Below are positions 18,219 through 26,429 of a DNA stretch of 64,000 nucleotides, piece after piece (the stretch's first letter is position 1; the number at the start of each line of letters is the position of its first letter). The notes below the pieces were generated by a model, which was not told the DNA's origin, did no database searches, and saw only the letters and a program-made list of their open reading frames with translations. Made by a program: the position numbers and the translations under genes. The DNA is from a virus, in the IMG/VR virus record IMGVR_UViG_3300021061_000001; one strand, given 5' to 3'.

Positions 18219-18561
18219 CGGTGGATCGCCTCCTGTCGCGGATCTTGTAGTACGCGGTCAGGCACGCTTGGCACCAACTCCGCCTGATCCGCCGGCCGTG
18301 GCAGGTCGTCGTCGGGAACGAGCCCTTGGGATAGGCGACCTTGCAGCGCGAGCAGGTCTTGGGTTCTTCCGGCGGGTTCCTGGCGGCCTGTTCGGCGTCG
18401 GCCTCGCTGGCGAACACGGCGAGCAGGGTATCGCCCTGCCATACCCCATAGCCGCCCGCGATCGGCCCCACGCGGCAGGCCCGGCGGCGCTCGTGAGCGG
18501 GCGGGGCCTTCTCGCGGAGACGCAGGACGTACTTGTCGGTGCTGGTAAAGGCCATGACCAT
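18184..18561 (-). CDS. Small zinc-ribbon-like protein
   Basis: Cysteine pairs CSRCK ... CHGRR ... WCQAC. ATG 18561 was chosen for its purine-rich GGAAAGGA upstream; the track start at 18579 is an alternative. Confidence 0.45.
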   Translation of the reverse strand: MVMAFTSTDKYVLRLREKAPPAHERRRACRVGPIAGGYGVWQGDTLLAVFASEADAEQAARNPPEEPKTCSRCKVAYPKGSFPTTTCHGRRIRRSWCQACLTAYYKIRDRRRSTDDASGTASAAG

Positions 18562-18593
18562 TCGCGGCGTCCTTTCCAATCAAGGTTTGCGGC

Positions 18594-18896
18594 TCACTCC
18601 ATCATCTCTTTCAGCTTCACGAGCAGCGCCAGCACGTCGCGGTACGGGCCGGCGTCGGCCGCCTTGAGGTACACCGCCGCATCGAGCAGTTCCTGATAGG
18701 CGTCCACCAGATGGTCCCGGCCGCTACCGCGCTGGACCGGGCAGCCGTACTTGGCGATGCCGAACTCGCGGCGGGCGCGCATGTCCCGTAGCAGCTTGCA
18801 CCACCGATCCGACCCAGCTACGTCCTCGATCACTTCCAGCCACACGTCCCCCTTGGCGGGTCGTGGTGGCGGCTGAGGGGTGGTGGGGTCGCTCAT
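18594..18896 (-). CDS. Small helical protein, possibly NTP-pyrophosphohydrolase (MazG)-like
   Basis: ATG 18896 overlaps the rusA stop (ATGA). REFGIAKYG ... DHLVDAYQELLDAAVYL resembles a motif of small phage dNTP-PPase-type proteins (recalled, tentative). Confidence 0.5.
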   Translation of the reverse strand: MSDPTTPQPPPRPAKGDVWLEVIEDVAGSDRWCKLLRDMRARREFGIAKYGCPVQRGSGRDHLVDAYQELLDAAVYLKAADAGPYRDVLALLVKLKEMME

Positions 18897-19336
18897 GTGC
18901 CGATCGTCTCCACTTCGAGGATCATCTTGGGTCCGTCCAGGTCGTAATACTTGCTCAGGTGTTCGACCGCGATCTGCGAATCGTCCCGCCACAGCACCCC
19001 CGTCAGCGCGTCCTCGATCGCCCGCGTCAGCTTGAGCAGGTCCGGCCTGGTCGTGACCCAGTAGGGGGCGCCAACCTTGACGGCGCCCGTGCTGCGCAGA
19101 TGCGTCTTGGGGCGGGGGGCGATGAACACGATGGTTAGCTGGAGCGGTCCTTCGAGCGGGGGGCGGTCGCCGAACTCGCGCCGCACCACGTCGGCCACGG
19201 CCCGCTTCCAGTCGCGGCTTTTCGGGTTGGCGTCGGACACGGCCACACCGATGCTGCCGTCCGTGCGCGGGATCGGGAAGGCCCGCTTCGAGCCGGCCGT
19301 CTGGGGTTTGCCGCGGACGACGAAACGGTGGATCAT
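18893..19336 (-). CDS. rusA: Holliday-junction resolvase RusA
   Basis: 147 aa. GKPQTAGSKR near the N-terminus, RPDLLKLTRAIEDALTGVLWRDDSQI, and the typical RusA length and motif order. Confidence 0.9.
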   Translation of the reverse strand: MIHRFVVRGKPQTAGSKRAFPIPRTDGSIGVAVSDANPKSRDWKRAVADVVRREFGDRPPLEGPLQLTIVFIAPRPKTHLRSTGAVKVGAPYWVTTRPDLLKLTRAIEDALTGVLWRDDSQIAVEHLSKYYDLDGPKMILEVETIGT

Positions 19337-19599
19337 GGGCTCACCTTCTTGCAGTGGTACACCGATACATAGCCGCTCACGCCTTCGAGGAACACGACCG
19401 GATGCCCGGACGAATCAAGGAAAGCCTCCGACCGGACCTTGGCCACGACCGGAGGCCCGAACGGCAGGACGCTCCAATACTCCAGTTCGTCGCCTGGCTT
19501 GAAATCCTCGTTGAAGCGGTCCACGGATTCCTGGCCCATGCCGACCCGGCAGCGGCCACGGAGGTAGTTTTTCGGTTTCAGGATGTTGTCTGCCATCAC
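19333..19599 (-). CDS. Hypothetical protein (88 aa)
   Basis: ATGA overlaps at both ends, within the operon. Confidence 0.55.
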   Translation of the reverse strand: MMADNILKPKNYLRGRCRVGMGQESVDRFNEDFKPGDELEYWSVLPFGPPVVAKVRSEAFLDSSGHPVVFLEGVSGYVSVYHCKKVSP

Positions 19600-19850
19600 G
19601 CCCTCCCTTCCGCCTTCGCGATCGCGACAATGAGCAGACCGTGGACCGCACCGATGGCCAGTTCGATCGCCTCGACGGCTGTCTTGGCATCCGTCAGCAG
19701 ATCAATGAGTCGTTCCTGATGCCTACCCACTTCCTTACAGAGATCCTCGCAGGTGGCTTGTAGGGAGGCAAGTTCGGCGCGGAGTTGGGCATTCTCGGCT
19801 TGCAAGGTGCTTAGCCACGTATCGGTCATGTTGCTGAAGTCTGGTTGCAT
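19596..19850 (-). CDS. Coiled-coil protein (84 aa)
   Basis: Heptad-like LSTLQAENAQLRAELASLQ. Coupled to the downstream gene. Confidence 0.5.
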   Translation of the reverse strand: MQPDFSNMTDTWLSTLQAENAQLRAELASLQATCEDLCKEVGRHQERLIDLLTDAKTAVEAIELAIGAVHGLLIVAIAKAEGRA

Positions 19851-19854
19851 CGGC

Positions 19855-20124
19855 TCACTCCTCCCTCATCTCCCTGTAGTAATGCCACTCCCGCCCGCAC
19901 GCCTCGCACCGCCCGTCCCGGTAACTATCCCCGCCCGTCGGCGTCACGAGCAGCACGATCCCGTCCTGGCCGCAGTAGGGACACCGCCTCTCGCGGCACT
20001 CGTCGCAGATGTGCCACTGACCTGCCTCGCGAATGCGTCCCTGGCCGCCAAGTCTGGCGTAGTCGCCGTTCGCGGCGGACCGGAGGCACCAGTCGCATGT
20101 GAGGGCGTTGAGGAAACTGGTCAT
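19855..20124 (-). CDS. Cys-rich zinc-finger protein (89 aa)
   Basis: CDWC, CDEC..RRCPYC and CEAC pairs. AAAGGGAG lies upstream of the ATG. Confidence 0.6.
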   Translation of the reverse strand: MTSFLNALTCDWCLRSAANGDYARLGGQGRIREAGQWHICDECRERRCPYCGQDGIVLLVTPTGGDSYRDGRCEACGREWHYYREMREE

Positions 20125-20142
20125 CTTGGCTCCCTTTGTCCG

Positions 20143-20192
20143 AACTATCCGGAAATTCCGGATAGTTCATTTGGAGAGTTGTGGAGAGTTGT
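20143..20192 (-). promoter_or_regulatory. Operator-like 25-nt perfect palindrome plus 2 x 10-nt direct repeat
   Basis: AACTATCCGGAA-A-TTCCGGATAGTT (20143-20167) lies 19 nt upstream of the 20124 start. GGAGAGTTGT occurs twice (20173-20192). Confidence 0.4.
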
Positions 20193-20293
20193 GTCCTCTC
20201 GGAACCAACGCTTCACGGCAACTCCCTGACTCACCCAAACGGCGCCCGTGCCGTCCGCTCGCGGCGAATCCAGACGGCCGCCGATTGATAGCC

Positions 20294-20473
20294 TCACGAC
20301 CGCCTGCTAATCAATTCGAGTCCGTCCTGGAACAACTCGCTGGCCTCTTCGATCGTCTCAAGCACCTCGCTGTACTCGTCAAGCAACTTCCGCAACTTGT
20401 CGCGTTCCTTGGCTATCGTGTCGATGATGCCCCTGGCTTGCTTCCTGAAGTCGTCTGCGGTTTTTCGCGGCAT
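20294..20473 (-). CDS. Small helical protein (59 aa)
   Basis: ATG 20473 has GAGGAG 8 nt upstream; the track start is a GTG 9 nt earlier. Confidence 0.5.
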   Translation of the reverse strand: MPRKTADDFRKQARGIIDTIAKERDKLRKLLDEYSEVLETIEEASELFQDGLELISRRS

Positions 20474-20729
20474 CTGTCTCACTCCTCGAACAGCGGCAGG
20501 CCCGGCGCCTGCGTCATCTCGTCCGCCTCACTAGACCCACGCGGGTCACTTCCCACAAAACAGCCCGCAACTCGTCACCGTCAGAGGGTCAAACTCGTCA
20601 GACCACAACATGCCTTGCTGACGTGCACCGATGAGTTTCCGTACCGCCTTGACTCGCTTCGCGAAGATTTCCGGGGCACGCCGCCTGATCTCTCGTAGCG
20701 GCGTGCCCGGAATCCAAAAAAATAGTTGT

Positions 20730-21017
20730 TCACGAGGGGGGGCTGCCGTAGTCTATTTCGAGTTTCTCCGCTCTCTCAAAGAGTGCTGGATGGTGCTCCA
20801 ACAACCCAGCCCACTCATACCTCCTCTGGTAGAAGCACAAAAAACAATTGGCCCTGGATCGCCACGAAAAGAGAAAAGCACGGTCCCAAGGTTTCAGGTT
20901 TCGCACACACTCCCGGCCTGCATCGTCCAGCTTGGTCCACACCGCGTCGTAGAGCCGTTGCCAGAAGAACGTCGGCGGTAAGACGCCACGGGAACACGCC
21001 GTTGCGGTAGTCGTTGC
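20730..21017 (-). pseudogene. C-terminal remnant of a PAPS-reductase-family gene
   Basis: The stop-to-stop frame encodes ...RSRANCFLCFYQRRYEWAGLLEHHPALFERAEKLE. This resembles the R-x-GC-x-FCFYQ-x(3)-EW...HP..FE tail of PAPS reductase-like proteins (recalled). There is no room upstream for the ATP-PPase N-domain and no ATG start. Confidence 0.4.
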
Positions 21018-21064
21018 TTACGATTCCAGAAGATCAATGGGCGGATCGCTCCACCTGCTCTTTC

Positions 21065-21493
21065 TCAATCAGCAACCCGCCGCATCGTCTTCGGGTCGAA
21101 CTGGTACGTCACCTGGTACACGCCGGCCGGTAGCCGATGGTGCGGATGCTCCGGGTGAGTCAGCATCCACACCTCAGACGCCACGACGACCGGGCCGAGA
21201 ATTTCTTGGGGCTCCACGTCCATCGGCGGCTTCACGTATTCCGGCAGTTCCACGCCTTGAAACACCTCAACGGCTCCCTCGGCGACGTGCCTGGCTCCGT
21301 TGCCGGTTCCCAGCGCTACCTGGACCGAACCGCGTCCAATCTGTTTGCCGCGGGGGTGAGTATCGGCAACGCGATGGACGTAGATATCGCCCTGCTGGAC
21401 GGCGTGACCAATCTCGATTCGCCGCGTGATGCGGACGTTTTCGTCGGCCTTGGCGTTCATCACGGCCTGGATTTTTTCGAGAACTTGCGTCAT
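21065..21493 (-). CDS. Conserved phage hypothetical protein (QGD ... HPEH ... Y-V-x-x-Q type)
   Basis: AAGGAG upstream. QQGDIYVHRV ... GTGNGARH ... THPEHPHHRLPAGVYQVTYQ resembles a widespread small phage beta-barrel family of unknown function (recalled). Confidence 0.7.
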   Translation of the reverse strand: MTQVLEKIQAVMNAKADENVRITRRIEIGHAVQQGDIYVHRVADTHPRGKQIGRGSVQVALGTGNGARHVAEGAVEVFQGVELPEYVKPPMDVEPQEILGPVVVASEVWMLTHPEHPHHRLPAGVYQVTYQFDPKTMRRVAD

Positions 21494-21514
21494 GTTCTGA
21501 CTCCTTGAAAAAGG

Positions 21515-22450
21515 TTAGGACTTGGCCAAAATCCGTGATTCATCGAAACCGCAAATCGATTCGTGTGCTTCTCGGCACGTCTTCACTGTGCCGACGACCG
21601 GCATGTAGTAAACTCGCTTGGTGCCGCCATCAGTTCCAACGAGCCACTGGTCGCCGTGGGCGTCTCGCACCAGGCAGCGCGGTGCCGCTCCCTTCCGGCA
21701 TTTTTCGCGGTCGGCGTCTACCAGTTCGGCTTTGGATTCCCAGAGGTATTTTTCGGGCGTCATTCGCTCGATGAGTGCTCGGCGAACTTCGGCGTTCGAT
21801 TCGGTGCGAATTTCTTCGACCGTAATTTGTTCGGGACAGAGAATCGCGTAGGCCGGGACCAGAACGCCGTGCCAGAAATACAGGTTCTCGACATCGTTTC
21901 TTATCGCCGGACCATCCTCGCAATGCAGACGGCGAACGTCACCGACCGACTCGGTTTTCACTTCGGGTTTGGCTATCCAGAACAGCGTCTTGTCGGTCCA
22001 AAACAGACACCAGCACCCTCCCAGGAAGGCGTCTAAGAGCGGCATCGACCACGACTGAACTTTTGGCTTGTTGTCACTACCGAAGTAGGTGGTTGACAAC
22101 CAAGAGAGTTCCCACCAGTACCACCGACAACCAGTCAGCACACACCATTGCGCGAAACGTCGAAACTTACCGTTCAGAACGTCCCGAGCGTTCCGAGCGT
22201 CCCGAGCGGCCCGAGCGGCCCGAGCGGCCCGAGCGTCTTTCGGCAACCGCTTGCAAACGTCTTCTGCGATCTCGAAGACTGTTTGGCGGAGATCGATATC
22301 CTGGCACCATTCGCCGACTAAGCGTTTCACCTTCCGCTCGATTCCAAGCGTGCGACAATACTCGGCAAGAGCCGCATTGACGGTATCCTCGTCCAGGATG
22401 CCGGGATAGTTGCACGCCTCAACGTAACGGTCGAACAGTTCGCCTTTCAT
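21515..22450 (-). CDS. DUF6745-like protein with internal Ala-Arg repeat
   Basis: C-terminal RRLHCEDGPAIRNDVENLYFWHGVLVP ... NAEVRRALIERM fits my recollection of DUF6745. It contains the 9-bp tandem repeat at 22184-22237. Confidence 0.65.
   Translation of the reverse strand: MKGELFDRYVEACNYPGILDEDTVNAALAEYCRTLGIERKVKRLVGEWCQDIDLRQTVFEIAEDVCKRLPKDARAARAARAARDARNARDVLNGKFRRFAQWCVLTGCRWYWWELSWLSTTYFGSDNKPKVQSWSMPLLDAFLGGCWCLFWTDKTLFWIAKPEVKTESVGDVRRLHCEDGPAIRNDVENLYFWHGVLVPAYAILCPEQITVEEIRTESNAEVRRALIERMTPEKYLWESKAELVDADREKCRKGAAPRCLVRDAHGDQWLVGTDGGTKRVYYMPVVGTVKTCREAHESICGFDESRILAKS
22184..22237 (-). repeat. 6 x 9-bp tandem repeat (CCGAGCGNN) inside the 21515 gene
   Basis: Unit starts at 22184, 22193, 22202, 22211, 22220 and 22229. 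It encodes ARAARAARAARDARNARD. Confidence 0.9.
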
Positions 22451-22457
22451 CGCACGC

Positions 22458-22883
22458 CTAGCCTTTTCGCAAGAGTGAGCAGAGCAAGAGCCGCTGTTGC
22501 CGGAACCACCGCGTTACCTCCTGCTCGGAGACGTTCCAAGCGGTTGTCCAGCCGATCGGCATCCCCATCAGCCATTCCACGAAGGTAGCGTTCAGCCTCT
22601 TCCGCTGTGAGGGCGGGAGCGAGGTGCGGGTAATCGCGCAGGATTTCGGCCCAGCGTTCTCGCTCTCCTGGGCCTGGTGGGAAAGGTCCGAAGTCCAAGA
22701 TGCAGCATCCCGGTTCAGGTTGCCGCCCTGGGTGCTGTGCTCGTCCACTCCCAGTCGCCTGCCGTCGTGAGCATTCGGTGTCGCCCAGACTTCCGTCTGG
22801 CCTGGTAGCCTCGCTCCACCAGCCACCGCCGTTCCTTTTGCCGACCCCCGAACAGAGCGAGATGTAGGAACGTAGAGCCACAT
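22458..22883 (-). CDS. DNA-methyltransferase C-terminal-region-like protein; needs a -1 shift to reach the GNAVVP motif (possible pseudogene)
   Basis: ATG 22883 abuts the SWIM gene stop (TGAATG). It carries VWATPNAHDGRR and RLNATFVEWLMGMPIGWT motifs. The overlapping frame 22447..22947 carries FPPGPGERERW..HLAPA and RLERLRAGGNAVVP, and ends in ATGA with the next gene. Confidence 0.5.
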   Translation of the reverse strand: MWLYVPTSRSVRGSAKGTAVAGGARLPGQTEVWATPNAHDGRRLGVDEHSTQGGNLNRDAASWTSDLSHQAQESENAGPKSCAITRTSLPPSQRKRLNATFVEWLMGMPIGWTTAWNVSEQEVTRWFRQQRLLLCSLLRKG

Positions 22884-23180
22884 TCACTGCCTCCTGGGTT
22901 GCGGCGGCATCAGCCCAAGCTCGACCAGCGCGCGCAGGTGCTTGCACCCCGCGTAGTCCACGCCCTCGCGGCGAAAAGTGAAGTCGGGGCAGCCGCAGTG
23001 GTTGCCGTGGCCGTTCGTGTAGAGGTCGTAGCTGACGTGGCCCAGCCTGGGGTCGGGCCGCGTCAGGCGCCAGGCCGGTTCCGCCACGCGCGGGTCCGGG
23101 GACAACCTCTCCAGCTTGTACCAGCGGCGGCCGATCAGGACGGCCAGGGCCACCTTGGGCCGCGTAGGCGTGCGTGTCAT
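22884..23180 (-). CDS. SWIM zinc-finger protein
   Basis: HCGCPDFTFRREGVDYAGCKHLRAL fits the CxC-x(n)-CxH SWIM signature. ATG 23180 overlaps the upstream stop (ATGA). Confidence 0.75.
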   Translation of the reverse strand: MTRTPTRPKVALAVLIGRRWYKLERLSPDPRVAEPAWRLTRPDPRLGHVSYDLYTNGHGNHCGCPDFTFRREGVDYAGCKHLRALVELGLMPPQPRRQ

Positions 23181-23359
23181 TCGTAGAACTCCAGATTGAT
23201 CTTCAGGCGGTCCGCATCGGCCCGGTAGGCTGGCGTGGCGCGGATCTCCACATAGTTTTCGGACCCGGTGACACCGTGCAGGGCGTCCAGAAGGATCAGG
23301 CGGCACGCATTCCAGTTCGGCGCCTCCAGCGCATACTCGATCATCTCGCGCATCGACAT
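23177..23359 (-). CDS. Small protein (60 aa)
   Basis: ATG 23359 begins the high-GC3 part, after the stop of the 23380 gene. Confidence 0.5.
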   Translation of the reverse strand: MSMREMIEYALEAPNWNACRLILLDALHGVTGSENYVEIRATPAYRADADRLKINLEFYE

Positions 23360-23379
23360 GCCGCGCCGCTCGACATTGC

Positions 23380-24045
23380 TCACAGCATCACGCTCACTTT
23401 CTTCTTGCCCCGCCCCGCCTCCAGGAACAGGCAACTCTCCCGCCCCCGCAGCTTTGGCTTCACGCCGGATTCCAACTTCTCCTTCACGGCCTGCAGCGTC
23501 TCGGTGTCGCGCCACCGGAGAGCCCGCTTGATCGCCTCGGGGATCTGGTCGCGGATCGGCTCCTCCACCAGGTCGGCAATCTCCTGGGCCAGTTTGTTCT
23601 TGAGCCGCTTCACGCCTTCATCCGGTGCGTCCTTGACCATGACTTCGCCCCACGCCTCGAAGCCCATCCATACCAGCATCGGCACACGCTTGTCCGCCTT
23701 CATCCGCTCGCGCAGTTCGTGGTAGAACTCGCGAATCTGGGCTACCGGGGCGGTCAGGAGCGGGCCGAGCAGTTCATCGGCCTTGGCGTCGTGAGCGTCG
23801 TACTCGTCCTTGTCGTGCGCCAGGCACATGCCGACCACGGCCTCGATCCACTTCTCCACCATCTCTTTCACCTGCATGTTGGTTCTCCGTTTCTTGCTTG
23901 GGAAACGCATCGCGTAGCGGATCAGGGCACCGACATCTCGCATCCTCTGGACCGGCACACTGCGGCCACCCTTCCACCTCATGCGCAGGTCCCAGAGGAA
24001 TTTGCCGGCTTCCAGGCTGGCCATCACGGCGGAACGAACGCCCAT
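23380..24045 (-). CDS. Hypothetical protein (221 aa)
   Basis: ATG 24045 overlaps the upstream TGA by 1 nt. Helical and charged. Confidence 0.6.
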   Translation of the reverse strand: MGVRSAVMASLEAGKFLWDLRMRWKGGRSVPVQRMRDVGALIRYAMRFPSKKRRTNMQVKEMVEKWIEAVVGMCLAHDKDEYDAHDAKADELLGPLLTAPVAQIREFYHELRERMKADKRVPMLVWMGFEAWGEVMVKDAPDEGVKRLKNKLAQEIADLVEEPIRDQIPEAIKRALRWRDTETLQAVKEKLESGVKPKLRGRESCLFLEAGRGKKKVSVML

Positions 24046-24479
24046 CACTTCTTGACCCTCCTCCAGTCCAGGCCCATCTCCAGGAACGTCCTTTTCGCCA
24101 GCTTCGCCGTGCCGTGCGAAATCTCCGCCATCTCGGCTACGTAGTGCTCCAGGACCTCGAAGGGCGGGTTCTTCGGCAGGCGCAGGATCAGGTTCACGAC
24201 CAGCTCGATCTCGCATTGCAGGCACCGCTCGCGGCGGGCCACGATCTGGCGGAACTCGGCCACGGTCGGCGAGTTTCGCGAGTGAAACCCGTCGTGGCAG
24301 GGGCACTCCAGGGGATGGCCAAGCGAGATCAGGTTAATGCGGATGTCCAATCTGCTGCCGCCCCCATGCCCTTTCGGGCGGATGTGGTGCGGCTGCCTGG
24401 CCCGGCACTTGGCCAGGCAAAACGCGCACGTTCCGGGGCCGCGAAATAGATCAAGGGTTTCCTCGCTCGTGTAGATCAT
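24045..24479 (-). CDS. HNH-like zinc-binding nuclease-fold protein
   Basis: CAFCLAKC..QPHHIRPKGHGGGSRLD..NLISL..ECPCHDGFH fits an HNH/His-Me finger pattern. AAGGAA upstream. Confidence 0.6.
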   Translation of the reverse strand: MIYTSEETLDLFRGPGTCAFCLAKCRARQPHHIRPKGHGGGSRLDIRINLISLGHPLECPCHDGFHSRNSPTVAEFRQIVARRERCLQCEIELVVNLILRLPKNPPFEVLEHYVAEMAEISHGTAKLAKRTFLEMGLDWRRVKK

Positions 24480-24507
24480 CGCTCGATTCCTTGCGATTAA
24501 GGGCCTG

Positions 24508-25056
24508 TCACTCCTCGATCTCGCCGATCTTGCTCGTCAACTGGCGGATTGTGCTCGGCAACGAAGCCATCTCTTTCTTCAGCGCGTTTGGCAGCAACCG
24601 CTCTCGGTAGTTGCGTGTCTGAAGTTGCTCGTAAACCTTCATGAACTGAGCCCTGACGACGGCGACCGGCTCCTTGCCGTAGCAGAGCGCGTGAATGCCC
24701 ATGACCTGCATTGCCTCGACCACCAGAGGCGGCAGGTCTTTGCAGCCGCGCTCGATCGAGCCGTCAACCTCCGGGTCGATCTTGCCGATGCCTCGCCACG
24801 CGATCGCCCACGCTTCCGCCGGTGTCGGTTCCTTGTCCGATCGCATCACTTCGGCGGCAGCTTCTCTCAACTCGCTGACCGTCGGGAACGTCGCCCACTT
24901 GTGCTCCAGCACCACTTTTTTCGCCGCAAGCCTCAGCGCCTCGATCGGTATGTCGCCGAGCAGGTCCATGTAGACCTCGGCCAAGTCGGCCGATGGCGGT
25001 TTGCCGATCGCGGCGCCGATGTAAGCCAGCACTTGAGCCAATTCCAGCCTGGTCAT
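24508..25056 (-). CDS. Helicase-loader-like protein (G39P type, tentative)
   Basis: The N-terminal VLAYIGAAIGKPPS..EVYMDLLGDIPIEALRLAAKKVVLEHKWATFPTVSELREAA resembles the G39P loader/inhibitor pattern (recalled). It lies next to the replication organiser. Confidence 0.5.
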   Translation of the reverse strand: MTRLELAQVLAYIGAAIGKPPSADLAEVYMDLLGDIPIEALRLAAKKVVLEHKWATFPTVSELREAAAEVMRSDKEPTPAEAWAIAWRGIGKIDPEVDGSIERGCKDLPPLVVEAMQVMGIHALCYGKEPVAVVRAQFMKVYEQLQTRNYRERLLPNALKKEMASLPSTIRQLTSKIGEIEE

Positions 25057-25901
25057 CTCGCTTCCCCTCGCGCAACGAACTCTTCCAGGCCAGCAAAGAG
25101 TTTTCCGTTGCTGTTGCGATCGTCGTACTTGCCCTCGATGAGTTGCGCCACGGTGTCGCTACGCAGAAACCAGTCGATGTCAGCCCGCCACCCTCGACTG
25201 CCGCCGCCTTGGCAAAACGAACTCGCGGCAACTTTCGCCAGCGCCGCCTCGACATTTCCCAGCCAGCCGCTTTGCTTGATCCGAAGGCGGTACTCTTTCC
25301 GCCGTTTGTCCGTCACGACCTGGCAGTGCGAGACGTTGGGGATTTCGTTCCATCGAGCGATCAGCGTTTCGATGGTTGGCGCCGCCGCCGCCGGTGTTGT
25401 CTCCTGCTCTTGTTCCTGCTCTTGCTCCTGCTCTTGTTCCTGTTCTTGGCTTCGGACACCCTTTGAAGGGGCTTCGAGGACCCTCATGGGAGGCAGGTGA
25501 TAACGGTCCCCGTATCTGGCGTAAAACGCCTTATAGAATGGGGACTTATGGTAAGGTTCCAGCGCCCGCACGATGCCCTTAACCCGGTTGTCCTTTGGTT
25601 GGAGCGATTCCCCGATCTGGTAGCGCGCCATTTCGGGTATCCAAACGACCTCTGAAGCCCTGTCGTACTCCGCGAAATCCGCTTCGCGGACCCTTTGAAG
25701 GGCCTTCCAAGCGGCTTCGCGGCCCAGCCCGAGGTCATGAGCGATCATGGGCAGCGGCAGGTAATAAAGGCCGATCATGTTGGCGAGCCGGCAGGTGAGG
25801 AGGTAAATCGCCACGAGCTGGGTCTGTGGTCCAGCCCTGCGAAGTTTGAGGCCGGTTTCGCCCGTCCAGAATGACGGGGCGACTTTGCAATACTCTCTCA
25901 T
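25053..25901 (-). CDS. Replication initiator / replisome-organiser-like protein with (EQ)n linker
   Basis: ATG 25901. The N-terminal winged-helix-like region (FWTGETGLKL..VAIYLLTC..GLYYLP..IAHDLGL) is typical of phage replication organisers (recalled). The stop overlaps the loader start. Confidence 0.5.
   Translation of the reverse strand: MREYCKVAPSFWTGETGLKLRRAGPQTQLVAIYLLTCRLANMIGLYYLPLPMIAHDLGLGREAAWKALQRVREADFAEYDRASEVVWIPEMARYQIGESLQPKDNRVKGIVRALEPYHKSPFYKAFYARYGDRYHLPPMRVLEAPSKGVRSQEQEQEQEQEQEQEQETTPAAAAPTIETLIARWNEIPNVSHCQVVTDKRRKEYRLRIKQSGWLGNVEAALAKVAASSFCQGGGSRGWRADIDWFLRSDTVAQLIEGKYDDRNSNGKLFAGLEEFVARGEAR
25401..25448 (-). repeat. Hexanucleotide repeat encoding (EQ)n
   Basis: Eight CT(C/T)(C/T)TG-type hexamers. 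They translate to SQEQEQEQEQEQEQEQE in the 25053 gene. Confidence 0.85.
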
Positions 25902-25950
25902 GGTCCATCCACCGCAGCCTGCGGTCCCTCTCGTTGGGCGAAAAGGGTTC

Positions 25951-26175
25951 CTACGTGCGATCCTTGAGCAGTCCGCGCTTGAGCAGTTCCCAGGCGCAGA
26001 CCATGGTGTTGAGCTGGCCGAAGCGGGCGTAGCATTCGGCATCGGTGGGCATCCTGCCCTGCACCCGCCGAGCCTCCCGGATGAACTCCAGGAGGATCTC
26101 GGGGGTGCAGCGGGCGAAGCTCCCCGTGTCCGCGGGGGTGTCGCTCTTGGCCGCGTTGGGGTCGAATAGCCTCAT
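25951..26175 (-). CDS. Small protein (74 aa)
   Basis: ATGA overlap with the upstream gene. High GC3. Confidence 0.5.
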   Translation of the reverse strand: MRLFDPNAAKSDTPADTGSFARCTPEILLEFIREARRVQGRMPTDAECYARFGQLNTMVCAWELLKRGLLKDRT

Positions 26176-26429
26176 TCCTCGTCGTCCTCGTCGGCCCAGC
26201 TATCGTCCGGGTCGGGGTCGCCGTCTGGCTCGTCCTTCTTCTTGCGAACCTTGATCTTTTCCTCGCCTGGTACACGCTCCACGACCTGGCCGTCGAACTC
26301 GTCGCGCACGTCCACATACGCCTCGGCCGCCCGCTCGATCGCGTCGATCTTGGGCGGTTCCATTTCGGGGAAATGGCCCTGCCTCGCTTTCGGCTCCTTG
26401 GGCGGTCTGGGGGTCTTGGTCTTTGCCAT
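26172..26429 (-). CDS. Small protein with strongly acidic C-terminus (85 aa)
   Basis: ATG 26429 follows AAGGAGAAA. It ends in DPDPDDSWADEDDEE. Confidence 0.55.
   Translation of the reverse strand: MAKTKTPRPPKEPKARQGHFPEMEPPKIDAIERAAEAYVDVRDEFDGQVVERVPGEEKIKVRKKKDEPDGDPDPDDSWADEDDEE

Noticed and set aside
20668-20712. 15-16-bp imperfect inverted repeat (TTTCCGGGGCACGCCGC ... GCGGCGTGCCCGGAA) as a terminator after the PAPS-reductase relic
   Set aside because: The only homopolymer run next to the stem is on its 5' side when read on the transcribed (minus) strand. It is therefore not a canonical intrinsic terminator, and its function is unknown.
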